A stretch of 64,000 bases of DNA from Botryllus schlosseri (taxonomy: Eukaryota). Below are positions 1 to 12,897 of the stretch, in pieces (within the stretch, counting starts at the first letter, position 1; each line of letters begins with the position of its first letter). Both the position numbers and the translations under genes were made by a program. The notes beneath the pieces were generated by a model, which worked only from the letters and a program-made list of their open reading frames with translations, had not been told where the DNA came from and did no database searches. The DNA is taken from positions 14,570,001 through 14,634,000 of the forward strand of contig CM119379.1 in assembly GCA_051294905.1 (NCBI GenBank), read 5' to 3'.

Positions 1-1630
1 ATAAATCGCCAACTGAATGAGGTCTGAAGGAGTCCGCCTTGCCCACACAATTCAATTCAGACTCAACTGCGTCACCTCACAAGACTGTGATGTCACTGTG
101 TATGTTACTATATTGTTAAAAGCTGGCGTGAAGCATTTCAATTTGTGGAATAACATCGCAATGGTTGGTCTAAATGAGAGCGCAGACATGTACCATGCCG
201 GAAGGGAAGACACATCTAACAAGAGAAGGTTATGGATGCAGTCACACGAACACGGCGTAGGCAGATGTCGGCACGTTGCCACAAGTTATTACGAGTATAG
301 ATCCGCGTTGCAGGATCAATTGATCAATGATTGCAATGTCGATAATTACTAATCCCACATGGCGCCACATACGATTGTCCTTGAGAAAAGTAGGTCTCTC
401 GATCGATTATCCAAAATTGCATCACGTTACGTTAATACGCGGCCAGCAACAATGAGCAGGAGCATGCATCATGGATTTGGAGTATTCGAAATCGATGGGC
501 AACATGTGTTGCGTTGATGACCGTAGCACTCCCATGTGCGCAGAAGACGCAATTAGAATCGCTGGCCGTGATCGATGTGATACGAATTGCTATGCAAGCC
601 ATATGGCAAATATAATGCCTTTATATTAACTCACTTGCAAACGGTGGAAGCATATTGATGGTTTGCAGGAAACTAATTATTTCGTGCCGATTGTATTTCG
701 AAGATTTTGGATGGGTAATTAATGCATTGTGGTTAACAGCCGATGTGTATATCACAGCTATCTTTGTCCATGGTTAGAAATGTGATGATGCAGCCTTCCC
801 AACTATGCGAAGAAGAAACTTGAAAACAAATATTGAGGACCGGTGAACCTTAAAAAACGTAGATTCCCGCTGAAGTTAATTATGGCAAATCCGTGCAACT
901 TAAATGTAATATTGGAAACTTCATTTAATGATATCTTATATCTTATTGGTTCTATTGAGGTTTCTGCAGGCGGAGATCGCGAAGTCCTGTTAAACCACCA
1001 ACCTGATTGTGATTAGTCGGGGTCCTTAAAAAGAAATGCGAATTTGCTATTTGTCATAAAACCTCCATACTGCTAAGTGTATGTTAATTGCATCGTTGGA
1101 ATTAAACAGATTTTGTTTTAAAAGTATCCGTAGCTTTCAAATATAACTTTTCCGAAACGAGGTGTAGGCTACTTTTAAACACTGGCACCATTGCAACGCG
1201 CGTTCAAAGTAGACCATGAACTCTCTATTACGGCATCATACAAGAATACGCGTTCCACACTTTTAAATAAATTTAACATCTGATGTTTTTTATCTCTATT
1301 TAGTGGACAAGAACCCAACATCTTGCATTTGGGAATTGGCGGAGCGGCAGTAACCTTGCCACCTACCAGCGGTTGAGAACCAGTGATCTTTCTAGATGCA
1401 TCAAATTTCACGTTACGTTTCTATAGTGACATAAAATGAACGTTGAAAACCACAAGCATTCTTGGTGTCGTCTAAGAAGTGTTATACTATAGATTACTAA
1501 CCTTCCTACGGATATATGCGCAACTCAGTCGTAACACTTGAATACGCCGATAGGTCTACTGCTGAGCCGGCTAAAACCAGCATAATTGCTAGTCCCGTAG
1601 CTGGCGATCCGAGGGCTCAAATGTAATAAA

Positions 1631-1917
1631 ACTAGTCTTAATCGAAAGCTAGTGTCGCACAAATTACGAGAATACAAATTAAAATCTGGTTCGGGCAACG
1701 GAACAACTCCGAAATAGCCGTAAAAGCCGATTGTTCCGAATAATCGGAGAGTCTCAACACGATGACCATAACAATGGCCGATTCCGTCGAGCGATTGTTC
1801 GGAAAAATGCCTATTTTCAGACTTTGACGGCTATTTTGGGGTGATTCTATTGCCATGACCAGATTTTAATTTGTATTTTTGTAGTCACTGCGACACTAGC
1901 TTTCGATTAGGGCCAGT
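1631..1917. mobile_element. MITE family A, long imperfect TIRs
   Basis: taatcgaaagctagtgtcgca (1639-1659) is inverted at 1889-1909, and aatacaaattaaaatctggt is inverted further in. No clear TSD, so the superfamily is unassigned. Confidence 0.85.
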
Positions 1918-4381
1918 TTCATTACCTTTGAGCGCTCGGGCATACATTTCCACTAACGTGCGTAGCTTTATAGTTGTATAGATGTATGGGATGCTGTGAT
2001 ACGATTTATCGATGTTTCAAAGATTCCACGATGGAAAAAAGTATGGAAACTACAAATCGCGTTGATGATGCAACTCCTAGTGAAAAGGGGAGTATAATTT
2101 GAGTACTTCCAAAAATTGTCTCACACTAATCGACTCGAATCATGGCAATTAATACTCGGTTCGGATTCAACTACTCAAAGCACTATGCCCAGCCCTAGAC
2201 GAGTAACCTAAATCTATAATTAAACAGGTTCTTGGAGGTACAGAACTTAAATATACAATTGAATAGTATATTCATATTGAAATGAACCCGAATATTTTCG
2301 GCTGACACTCGTCAGGGGTAATCGTCAGCAACTACTAGAGAATTGGACAGAACATCTTATATCAACAATCGTATTACAAAATATGACGACACCAGCATGA
2401 AATGTCTAATACGAGAGCGTTCAATCTACTATTTTTAAATGGTACACGAACTCTTTTTGTTGACACAGCTTTGGTTGGTGCATTTTGACAAAAGTCGACT
2501 CCAGGGCGCACAAATGTCGTCTCGATAATTTTTCGCACAGGCGGGATCATCCAACAAGTGCTTGCCAATTGCAGAATTTATGACCTTTGATTGTTCCGCA
2601 TCAATCTTGAGCAGATGAGTCAAGGGTGAGCTTTTCACCGAACGTGATGCGCGTGTTCTAATAAATCTAGGGGACACGCTGATTTATGCGTTCCTGCAAA
2701 CACTTTGACGTTCTTCCCACGTAGCCCCAATCACAGTGACACTTAAATTCGTTAACTGCATTACTTTTCATATATAGTTGTACAATGTGCACATTACTAC
2801 GAGGGAACTTCTCAACCCTCGCGCCCCACGCTTGCGAATAGGTGATTCAAAACCTAAAAGGCGTGTATGGAATCAAGCGCCGAAATGTAGACTCGGCTTG
2901 TACACAATGTACAATTGTACAATGTACACTTTGTACAGTGTAAGATGGAAAATATAGCCTATTTCGAAGTATCGCTTTTAACGTAGTGAGGTGTTGGGTT
3001 TCAGGCGCGGGATAGCGAAAATACAATTATCGCGTTACTTCAAGATAAGGCGCCTAACGGACCATTAATGCGAAACATGTTGTTTCTGTTACTCTGTGGT
3101 CATTATATTCCCGAAAATTTACAGGTATTGCTTGAATGCATTTGGAAGCAATATATGATGTAAATGATCGCCGTATGGTATTCCATTCCCGTGTGCTATC
3201 TTTGAAATATTAGAGCATGCTTCTTCCTTTATCAATCTTTGCCATTTCAAAGTGTCAAGCAGATGCGAGATTATGGAATTGCGGAAGATGCAACTTATAA
3301 TGTCTTTTATTAAACAAGCATACCGGCCTAATAATAGCAATAACAAACGTTGATAAGAGGCGTATATAGTATACTATATACCACACTTACAATTAGAGAT
3401 GATGTTATTTTCGTCCATCGGTAGTCGTAGTGTTCTTGTTGTTGTTTGTGGTATTCACTGTGTTTGTCGGCTACTATGGTCATTTGCACCAACCACCTTT
3501 CTTCATTTTTATTCCGTAGTTGCCGACTTCTAGGATTTTATAAGACATCGCTTACACGGATGATATGGCGAGGAGGAGCCTAGTCAGTGATTCCAAACCG
3601 CGACGCCGAGGGCCGCATGGGGCCCCCAGCTAGCCTTCCTGCGGCCCCCAGAAAACATTAAGAAATCGAGTTATGACAAAAATTAAAATTTATATTTATA
3701 AAATACACTTGCTCGGCTTGGAGTCTGGAGTTTTTAATTAGGATTGCAGGAAAGTCGTGAGTAGACTGCTATCGTTGCGTCACTGCTGCTATCGTTACGT
3801 CACTAGGTAAAGACAGGACCATAACTGCCGCACGCCAAACCCCCAATGGGAGGGGGGATCAAGCTCGAACGGAGCATAAAATTATTTCGTGAATTAGCAT
3901 AAATTATAGAGTATTTTTTCAAATCTTTTTCAAATTTTTTTCACTCTACACGTGATTTCATGATGCCAAATATCTTGATTTTTGGGTACTCATCCCCAAG
4001 AAAAAAATTCGTAGGATTTATAGAAATGGGCATTGGGCATGTCGGCGTTGGCCATTACCGCGCCACGACGCACCAAGACATATTAAGTTTTAGGCCATGT
4101 AACATGCGACTCCAAGAAGTGTGTCAGAACGATCGGCAGCGAGAAAACCTTGGCCGAACAGGACTGCCCTTATGATGACCGAAAACTTCGTTATATATAC
4201 AAAATACTGCCTTGGCAATCTGAACCTCACGAGACAGGAAAAAATTATATTCCAGTGAACAAATACCAATTTGAAATCCTATGCGTCTTTTAGTTTAGAA
4301 GCCTACGTTTGGGCGATTCTATATTTTTTGATATAGCAGACAGGAGGTCACGAAATAACATGTTACGGAATCATACCAAGT

Positions 4382-4883
4382 TTCCAAGACACCTCACTCA
4401 GCTCTACCGGTTAATCTGATTACGTGAGCAGCGAGGACAAGAAATTGATAGCAATATATATGCAATTTCCGATCATATTGACCGATTTTATCATGAATTA
4501 TCGAAAATTTTCGCGCTTCGCGCTGGCCCACTTAACGGTAGAACTAGTTTCGTGGCAACAGCGGACAAGGTAATAGGGGTAGGTTTATCACCCCATGGGA
4601 GCCCAAGACCTCAGTTTTTATTTTATTTTTTATTATTATTATTTTTTTTGGAGGGGGGGGGTTGACGAAGTGCTGTTTCGTTCCTGCCAACGGGTATACG
4701 CCCGAAGATGTTTAATTATTATTGAGTGGTCTTACCTTTTTAAGCATACCTCCCTCGGCTCTACCTGTAAAACTGATTACGTGAGCAGAGAGAGGATAAA
4801 ATTTGATGGCAATATATATTCGATTCCCGATCATATTGACCGATTCAATCATGAATTACAGAAAATTTTCGCGCGTCTGAGCG
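4382..4883. repeat. Imperfect direct repeat of about 140 bp (4382-4523 and 4740-4883)
   Basis: Shared blocks ctgattacgtgagcag, ccgatcatattgaccgatt, atcatgaatta, gaaaattttcgcgc. Confidence 0.85.
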
Positions 4884-4972
4884 ATAAAAGCTGACTCACT
4901 GCCCCGAAAGCAGCATAATTGGTAGTCCTATAGCTCACGACCGAAGCGTCCGGATAATTTGATAGGTCCGGT

Positions 4973-5202
4973 CACTATCGAAAGCTAGTGTCGCACTGAT
5001 TCCAGAAATACGAATTGAAATCTCGCCAGGGCAATAAAACTACTCCGAAATAGCCACCAAAGGTCGATTGTTCTGAACAATGGGAGCGCAGCAGCACAAT
5101 GACCATAACAATGGCTAATGGCGTCGAGCGATTGATCGGAACACTGTCAATTTTCATATTTTGATGACTATTTTGGGTCCGTTTCATTGCCCTGGTATTC
5201 GT
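4973..5202. mobile_element. Diverged second copy of MITE family A, right TIR eroded
   Basis: Colinear with 1640-1860 (atcgaaagctagtgtcgcac, actccgaaatagcc, atgaccataacaatggc, cgtcgagcgattg). Confidence 0.8.
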
Positions 5203-5699
5203 GCGGCCCCGACCGTACTCTGAAATTCTAAATTTGGCCCTGCCACCGAAAAAGGTTGGGAACCACTGGCCTAGATAAACCTCCAACACTTAGGTAAGAA
5301 TTCTGGAGTCGACCTCAGTCGGACTCGAACCCGCAACCCGTTGGTGTTTCAGCCGTGGATTACACCACTGCCCCTCTTGAACAATTTCTCATGACTATAT
5401 GCCAGGAGATGAATGATTTTAAAACTCTCGAAGGGTACTTGCGTTGATTTGCACATTCAATTATTGACCTCTTTGTTAAAACATATTTGTGTAAAGTAGT
5501 GATTTTCAACCCGGTGCCGTTTGAACTGATCTGGTTGTTGTTGTTTATTAACGCATATAATTGGCGCTTGCAACATCGTGGTTATTTGCGCCCACACAGT
5601 AAATTTCATACATTTCATAATGGCATGTCTTCTTGAACTTGAGTCTTTTTTCGGCTCATTTACTGCCTCCTTTCAAGAGTTAGGCTCTCTCTTCTTCTG

Positions 5700-5874
5700 A
5701 GCTTTTCAACTCGCTGTATTTACAGCGGGTTCGGCGATGAGGAGCCCAGATAAACCTCCGACACATAGAAACCAGGGATATCCCTGCATAGAAACATGGC
5801 AGAGCCGAGACTCGAGCCACCAACCATTGGTGTCGTGGCTGCAGTGTTTAACCAACTGCGCCACTCGCTTCCCC
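5700..5874 (-). mobile_element. tRNA-derived SINE family 2 (different 3' part, shared core with family 1)
   Basis: A-box TGGCGCAGTTGG (5863-5852), degenerate B-box GGCTCGAGTCT (5818-5808), and a 32-nt core 28/32 identical to family 1. The 3' boundary is approximate. Confidence 0.7.
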
Positions 5875-6753
5875 AAACTGATCTGGGGTGCAACGTGGTA
5901 AATGGTAATGAGATAATGTGGGCTGCCGTCGACATATAACAAAAATTAAGGACATTCACATTCTGAGTAACATTTGGGAAGTTGGCGACTGTAAAAAAGG
6001 TCATCGATAAAAAACTCCAACTGGAAGTGACGACATTTTATTAGTCGCCAGGTTCATAGAAATTGTCGATTCGCTTTTGAACAGGCGCGAGAAAAAGTTC
6101 CGCCGGTTTTGTCTGAAAATATAGTATCAATTGTGTTTTTCAGTTAATACTGCTTGTCCCTCTTCATATGCTACACAAAATAAGTCATGCATGTTCTATA
6201 ACAGTCACATCATTACGATATCTCTTGGAAAAGGAGACATTATATTATATATAGTTGAATATAATTTTTATTTTCATATATCTGCACTTTTGTTGGTGGT
6301 TCAGTGATTGATCGTGAATTTATATATTCACAATGACTTAGCCAAATTATTCGCATATTCTGGCAATATGTATGTACTGCACACAGTAACGTTGTACCAG
6401 CGGCATTTGTCTGGTCCGTGCATGGCCATTTTGAATTATAAAAATAACGATAACTGGATTATATCAAATTCATTCGTACTAATATGACAAAGACACTTTG
6501 AATATGTAAGTCCAACGCGATTATTATATCACTCTCAGACGATATACTGATAAATGAAAGTCAATATTCTTCTGAAGCCTAGCCGCGGAGATAACACTTG
6601 TTAAGGAAAAGTGAAACAGATTCACGTACCATATCATGTGTTTTTGTACGTAATGTGAACCCGACTGTTTAAAAGTAACTTCTTGGTCAAAATATATGTT
6701 CCTGACGCAGAACTTTCGAGAGGCATACTCGCCTATTTGGCTCTCCTTGTCAA

Positions 6754-6968
6754 TGTTTTTTGTTGTTGTTGTTTGTTTGAGGTATTCATGGTGTTTGTCG
6801 ACTACTATGGTCATTCACACCAGGCCAATTTCTTTTTATCTCATTTTCACGGATGATATGACGAGGAGGGGCCTCCAACACTTAGGTAGGAATTCTGGAG
6901 TCGACCTCGGTCGGACTCGAACCTATTGATGCTTCAGCTGTGGATTATACCACTACGCTATCTCGCCA
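6754..6968 (-). mobile_element. SINE family 1, internally deleted copy
   Basis: B-box GGTTCGAGTCC, head ending tggcgagatagc, (AAC/AAAC)n tail; colinear with 43517-43791. Confidence 0.9.
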
Positions 6969-7499
6969 CAGATAATGCTATTCTCATTCATATCTAAATC
7001 GGCGACATAGGCCTAACGGTGCTCAAGGGTGATGTCACAAATTTTAATTGAAGTATGACGTGCTCAATAAAATGTTTCTTGCTGAACACAACAGGTTGGG
7101 GACTCGAGCCACGCGTGACGATTCGACGAAATAGTAATCAGTGGTCTATTTGATGACAGAATATCCGTCGCCTAGCAAAACACCGTGCGTCGAATACGTT
7201 CAGCGCTTCCTACTGATATTACATCTCAAAATCACAGGCTATCTCACAGTAGTGCAGCGTAAGAAGCATTCCGGATATACTTCTTACTTGAAATGGTGTA
7301 ATGAAATTTCGGTAAGTATAGAGAAGTTTCAGAGAGAGGTATTGTTTTCCTTTTCCAAGTCTTAGTGACCGTCAATGATACAAGGAAAAAGAAAGTTTCC
7401 GTACATAAAATTGCATCACACACTGTTGTCTTCTATAAATCTTGAGCAGTGAGAATAGCCAACCTATATAAGGATGAAATAACAACCATATGGTAATAT

Positions 7500-7830
7500 C
7501 TCATTTGGTCAACGGAGAATCCCATTTTCTCGAACAATTAAATTGATATTGGCGATCCAAGAGCTCTTGTATACATTGGCCGTAGAATTCTCACCATAAT
7601 TCGAATATTACAATGACATTCACATGCGAATACTTTCGAGTTATTATGAAATATTTTCAATGTTCCACTGCAGTTGCAGATAGATCTGTATTCATTCCTT
7701 AATATGTTCTAGTTGAAACAGAAGCTTTTGAAAAATCAGCGTTGGCGTAGACAGTTTATAGATAGCCAAACTATTTGATATCTTTCCGGCTCGAATCTTT
7801 GATTTTAAATTTTTAATTGTGTGGTTTTTT
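7500..7830 (-). pseudogene. Heavily decayed non-LTR reverse transcriptase fragment (CR1/L2-like)
   Basis: VYANADFSKA at 7752-7723 (cf. conserved VYLDFSKAFD), preceded by a frameshifted Q-x-GFR-x-G-like and followed by a QGS..LGSP-like remnant in the expected order; stops and frameshifts. Confidence 0.5.
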
Positions 7831-7974
7831 GAAGAATCTCGTTACGAACAACCAAGGTTGCACGTACCGTACGAGTACACTTGCACAGCACAGTGTACGG
7901 TACCCCTGGATTACTCGATACCAGTTCACAATAAATACATTCTTCGGTTAGGAGTATAGAGGCAAAGCAGATGC

Positions 7975-8130
7975 TTGTTTGTGTTATTCATGTAGTCTGT
8001 CGACTACAATGGTCCTTTACACCAGACCGATTGCCTTTATCTTGACTCGAATCTGCGTACTTGTAGCGCGGCCCACTTAGGCCTTTCTGTAAGACGCCGC
8101 TTGCGCGGATCGGAGGGCGAAGAGGCAAAG
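7975..8130 (-). mobile_element. Old headless SINE family 1 fragment
   Basis: tgtcgactacaatggtcctttacaccagaccgat and gcggcccac..taggc..gtaagac match the family 1 3' half. Confidence 0.7.
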
Positions 8131-11100
8131 CATATGTGTGTGGACTGGACTGAACAGGAATTTATCATAATTGTTTGAGCTTTTTCATCTTAATTGCGGC
8201 AATGATTCACGAGTGATATTCTGTTATATATACCTATCTACCTAGTAGGGGACCAGTTATTGTATTACAGTTTACACGTGTACTGGCCTGGTATGTGTGT
8301 GTGGTCGTATAGCAAGGCTAACCAGTGTTAAAACAGCATAAATTACACAATCACACATTCTTTACGCGTTATAAATTCGCTCATGAAAGATGCTCCATAT
8401 CCGTAGCTCTCATCAATGTATAGTAAACTTGATGTCTTTATGTCGGGTATAGGATAATCCTGTTTAGTTTGGTTACTAAAGTGGTAACGGGAATCCTGAT
8501 GTGGTCAATTTAATTTTTGCTACAACTTTAATGATGCTTCTGCCTAACTTTATTAAGCTTAGGGAGCTTTCGGAAATCTATGACTTCCAACGGGATGTTA
8601 AGGCGACGGAAGAAGAGTAAGCCTTGACTTTACAAAAAAATAAATCCGCTTCGACGCGACAAAATCTATCCAGGTCTGGTTCTAGTAGGCTGGTTTCGTA
8701 TTGCCGTGTAGGCTAAATACAAGCAACCTTTTGCGGTTAGTTAATACTTCGTAAGGATGATCACTTTGATCAGTGGAAGAATGTAACTACGGCGTTGCAA
8801 GTTGTTCGATTGGCTTAATTGGGAATTACTATATGTTGCGACACGGTAAAGCTTTAGGTTACTTTTACTTCACATCAATCGTATTAGCACGAGGTATGTG
8901 AAGACTTTGCACGTCATATTTTGTTGTGCACGGTAATAACGATGTAGGAATGGGATATTGTATAGTAATTTCAAGCAATATGCTACCTGTGCTGTCGCTC
9001 TTGTGCGTGCAGGCGGTGGCTCACGAAAAGCTTATGTCGAATGCAAGTACGTCAATCGACAATACAGTCGGTATACAACAGATTTCAAAACCGGGGAATT
9101 GGCGGTAAGGGCTGGTTGAAAATCGGAAGGGACACAATCGCCGCGCGAAGAGATATCTTTTCTCGTCATCGAAACGTCATCAAGGGGGATGGAGGAAACA
9201 TTATCGGTGTAAATTATAACGCTGGCCGCCGTTATGGGGATAGGAGTAGCAGCGTTAGATTGTTGACAAATTGATCATCATAACTGTCTTAGTGTCATGC
9301 TGCACAGTTCACACGATAATTGACACCAGCAAGGCTGTCTGGAAAAGGGCATCACAACGCATTTCTTTAGGCCACAACAGTCAGGCATCCACCTGTATTT
9401 ATTTTCTGTACTGGGGTGCCGTACATGCGACAGGCGTATACATTATTTCGCCCAGCTAGCAACTTCTATGTCATCATCGAAACGATTGGGTTGTTTGCAT
9501 CAACTAGATTCGAGAAATCGGCGATGCATGATTCACGAGACGGCATATTTATATATTATGCTGTTGTATTGGGTATGATTGTGATGTCATTTGCATTGAA
9601 ATACATATGGAATTGCAAGCGCAATCGAAAAGAACGAAATCATGAAATGTCGCGCTAAGGATTTCACGAATGTTGTGCACTAGAACGTGATTGATGTGTG
9701 CAGCAGGTGAGAGATCGAAACCAATAACGCACAAATTATGCATAACATACCAGTGTCGGACCTACCGATGCTATATTACCTTCTTGGTGGTATCATTGCA
9801 TAACTAAAACTATAGCTGTAGGCAGGCAGGACACGACAGGCTTTAATAAGACTCCACCTCGATTAACAATACTGGCAGCCGGATTTAGTCGATGAGAATA
9901 TCAACATCTTAAAAATAAAGAAAGAATCTGCCCCATTCAGCAGATATTCGATCCCTCTCCTTTACACATAGCACTGTAACGTCACAATTTTAGCACACAA
10001 CAGGATGTTTGATCATAATTCACGATGTCAGAGCGGTGTTAAATTCTTTTTTCGCATTTGTCGATTCACGAGAAAACGCTGCACACATCGAACACAAGTA
10101 ACTCAAGACTTTGATTCCCGATTTGGATATTGCTGCTTTGCATCGCAACCTGTCCCTTCAGCAGATATACATGCATAATATGCATGTGCGTTGCATATAC
10201 ATCACCGTCTAGATATCCCATACAGGGATACAGAGATAATATTAAACCTACTACGATTGTCGACGATAAGTACAATTCTAATTGACCAAATTAGTGGTCT
10301 TTAGTACTGTGATAACTAATATTTTATAGGTCAATATAGACAGATTCGTAACAGTGAATTGGTCTTGCAAAAACAGACTGGAAGATTTTGACCGTATTAG
10401 GGACGGATTTACACATAATAAACCGGATTAGGATTTGGACATTTATTCGGAATAAATCTTGATTTCCAACGCGACTTGGATAGAGTATACGGCACACAGA
10501 GTAGGATTTGGACATTATCTAGCAGATACTAAATATATCCTATCTTCTGCATAAGGCTCATTACAGACACCGCACATTCTGTGTACCATCGGTGGCGCCA
10601 TGATTACATCCCTCTCATATGAAACATATTTCCTGACTGGTAAAGAAATATAGCTCATCTTTCAATAGAGCGAAATCAAGGGCGCGCTTTCTCCGGAAGT
10701 ATCTTCTTTCTGATTGCAGTTTCACACGTCGGCAAGTTGCATGTGTGAGATGTCTACACCCGCGTCGCGCATATAGACACAGCAACGTGACTTGAATTAT
10801 CAAATTTCACCAAGTTGGCAATGGTAGTAGTCTGAGCCATAGCCGCCGATGCGAGGATAACATAATGGCTTCGCATGATATACTACGTGACAGTATATAT
10901 CAGTCATTTGTGCACTGTTTAATCAGGCAAACGGATATATCCACTGTCCATTCCATGTTCACTAACCAGTCATTCTTAATCGCATTGAAATAGCTCTTCG
11001 GTCTTCGCCGTTCGAATACACCCAACGCTGGCGCTTCGCGCCATTGTATAATATCCACGATAATGATGCAATCATGAACACAATCGTTGATCTAGGTTAC

Positions 11101-11303
11101 CATCATGAATGGAATCAGATTATTGATGCGTTCTGACGCGTGAAACCTCGGAAAAGATATTATCAGTTATATACTGTGAGAAGGGGGGTAACTGGTAATA
11201 TGATAATCTTCCCCTAAAGTGGGATTTTGTGGGACTATGTGGCGTCGCAATGATCCATTGAAGTAATTACAATATAGAGGTCGTTCCTCCTTTGCGACAT
11301 TGT

Positions 11304-11527
11304 CAGAAATGGTCGGTAACGAAGTACTTCCTACTATTTCGGAGTACTCAAGTAGGTTTTTCAAGTTACTACCTGCAAGACTTACTCAAATGTTGGTGAT
11401 TTTAGCAAACTTATACTTTTACTTCACAGGCTAGGCTAGGCCTAGAAAAGTTACTTTTTTACTTACTTGGAAATCGATACTGCAACTTGTATTTAAGTGA
11501 CAACGATGACTACTTTTACCAGCTCTG
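11304..11527. mobile_element. Degenerate hAT-like MITE
   Basis: Ends cagaaatggt / accagctctg with repeated agttacttt and tacttttact motifs; TSD only 4/8. Confidence 0.35.
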
Positions 11528-12420
11528 GTCCCGGTATGAAATTGATGGTTTCAAAAGACATTGTATAGTTTCGTACAAATACGTCGAGTACACTAATGCC
11601 TAGCGCTTACAAATCGCGGTTTAAAGTCAAAATCCGGGTTTTGGGCTTTTCGCTCATACCTCAGTTTGACAAAGTAATACCATGATATATCCATATAGTC
11701 AATATAGTTTAGTCATACAGTCTACATAGCTGCAATGGTCGGCATTGTATCTTACATGAAGCACAAACTATAAATTGAGATTTGACGAAGTATAGACTAA
11801 CACATAATATCAAACATAGATCTATACCCCCTCTCCCCCCCCCACCCAATTGGTATGGCATCACATGGCCACCGTGACCTAAGGTTAGTCGGTCGCCAAG
11901 TTCGTTTCGTCACGAATCACAATACAGCGCAACAACTCACCTCCGCATCACCGTCTTGGATGGAAATAACGCTAACAAAACAAATAGTTCATGATATGAC
12001 GAGCATTATCAATGAAAAGTGCGTATAGTATGCAAGAAATTAAATTATAAAGACCAGTGTTTTCATCGATTCAAAAGCTGTGTTCCGGATAGCGAAGTCG
12101 CCGAAACCCAGGTTTCCACGGTAAATGCGACCGTCGAAATCCATTGATGACTCGTCGTCGCGTATCACAATAGCGCAACTAAACGACATTCGAGGGACCG
12201 CATCGCAAAAGCGAACCGAGTTGGCAAATCTAGCTTTTACAATCTAATATTTACTTGCAACCTTACAGAATCGTAATAGGAATAACAAGACCTTCTTACG
12301 TAGCGACAGACATGTATTTAAAAATAATGATACCATAAGGCCAGTCGGACATATAGCATGGGACCACGTACGACAGAGGCGGAATATACGCATCAGACGC
12401 CAGAATAGCACATTTCCAGA

Positions 12421-12897
12421 GGTATCCAGTCAATACAGAGAAAACCATTACCGAGAATGCCTCTACCGAGAATGGACACCACCGAGAATGGACACCACCG
12501 AGAATGGACATTACCGAGAATGGACACCACAGAGAATGGACGTTACCGAGAATGGACACCACTGAGAATGGACATCACCGAGAATGCAATATATGTAATG
12601 CAGGCATGTTATGCTCATGAACAAGTCGTGTGTGTGCACCATGGCGTTGGCACATTCGATATCAATGCTCAGGTATACATTTCTCGACAAAGTCAGTCCC
12701 AGTAAGTCATATTCTTGACATTGGCCATTCTCGGTAATGTTCATTTTCGGTGGTGTGCATTCTCGGTAATGACCATTCTCGGTAATGTTCATTCTCGGTA
12801 ATGTCCATCCTCGGTAATGTCCATTCTCGGTAATGTCCATTCTCGGTAATAACATTCTCGGTAATGTCCATTCTCGGTAATGGTTTTCTCGAGAACC
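12421..12897. mobile_element. Foldback element whose arms are inverted 16-bp minisatellite arrays
   Basis: 9 units of ACCGAGAATGGACA(TT/CC) facing 10 reverse-complement units, 139-bp spacer, termini GGT...ACC, 8-bp TSD tttccaga (12413-12420, 12898-12905). Confidence 0.85.

Larger units (their letters stand above)
3585..5268. mobile_element. Non-autonomous hAT (Charlie-like) element with nested inserts
   Basis: TIRs cagtgattccaaacc / ggttgggaaccactg; TSD gcctag(a)t (3578-3584 and 5269-5276). Confidence 0.8.
3430..5377 (-). mobile_element. tRNA-derived SINE family 1, copy split by a 1.7-kb insertion (3430-3584 + 5269-5377)
   Basis: The two halves join to reproduce the intact copy at 43517-43791; the B-box is at the 5330 end. 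Confidence 0.85.
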
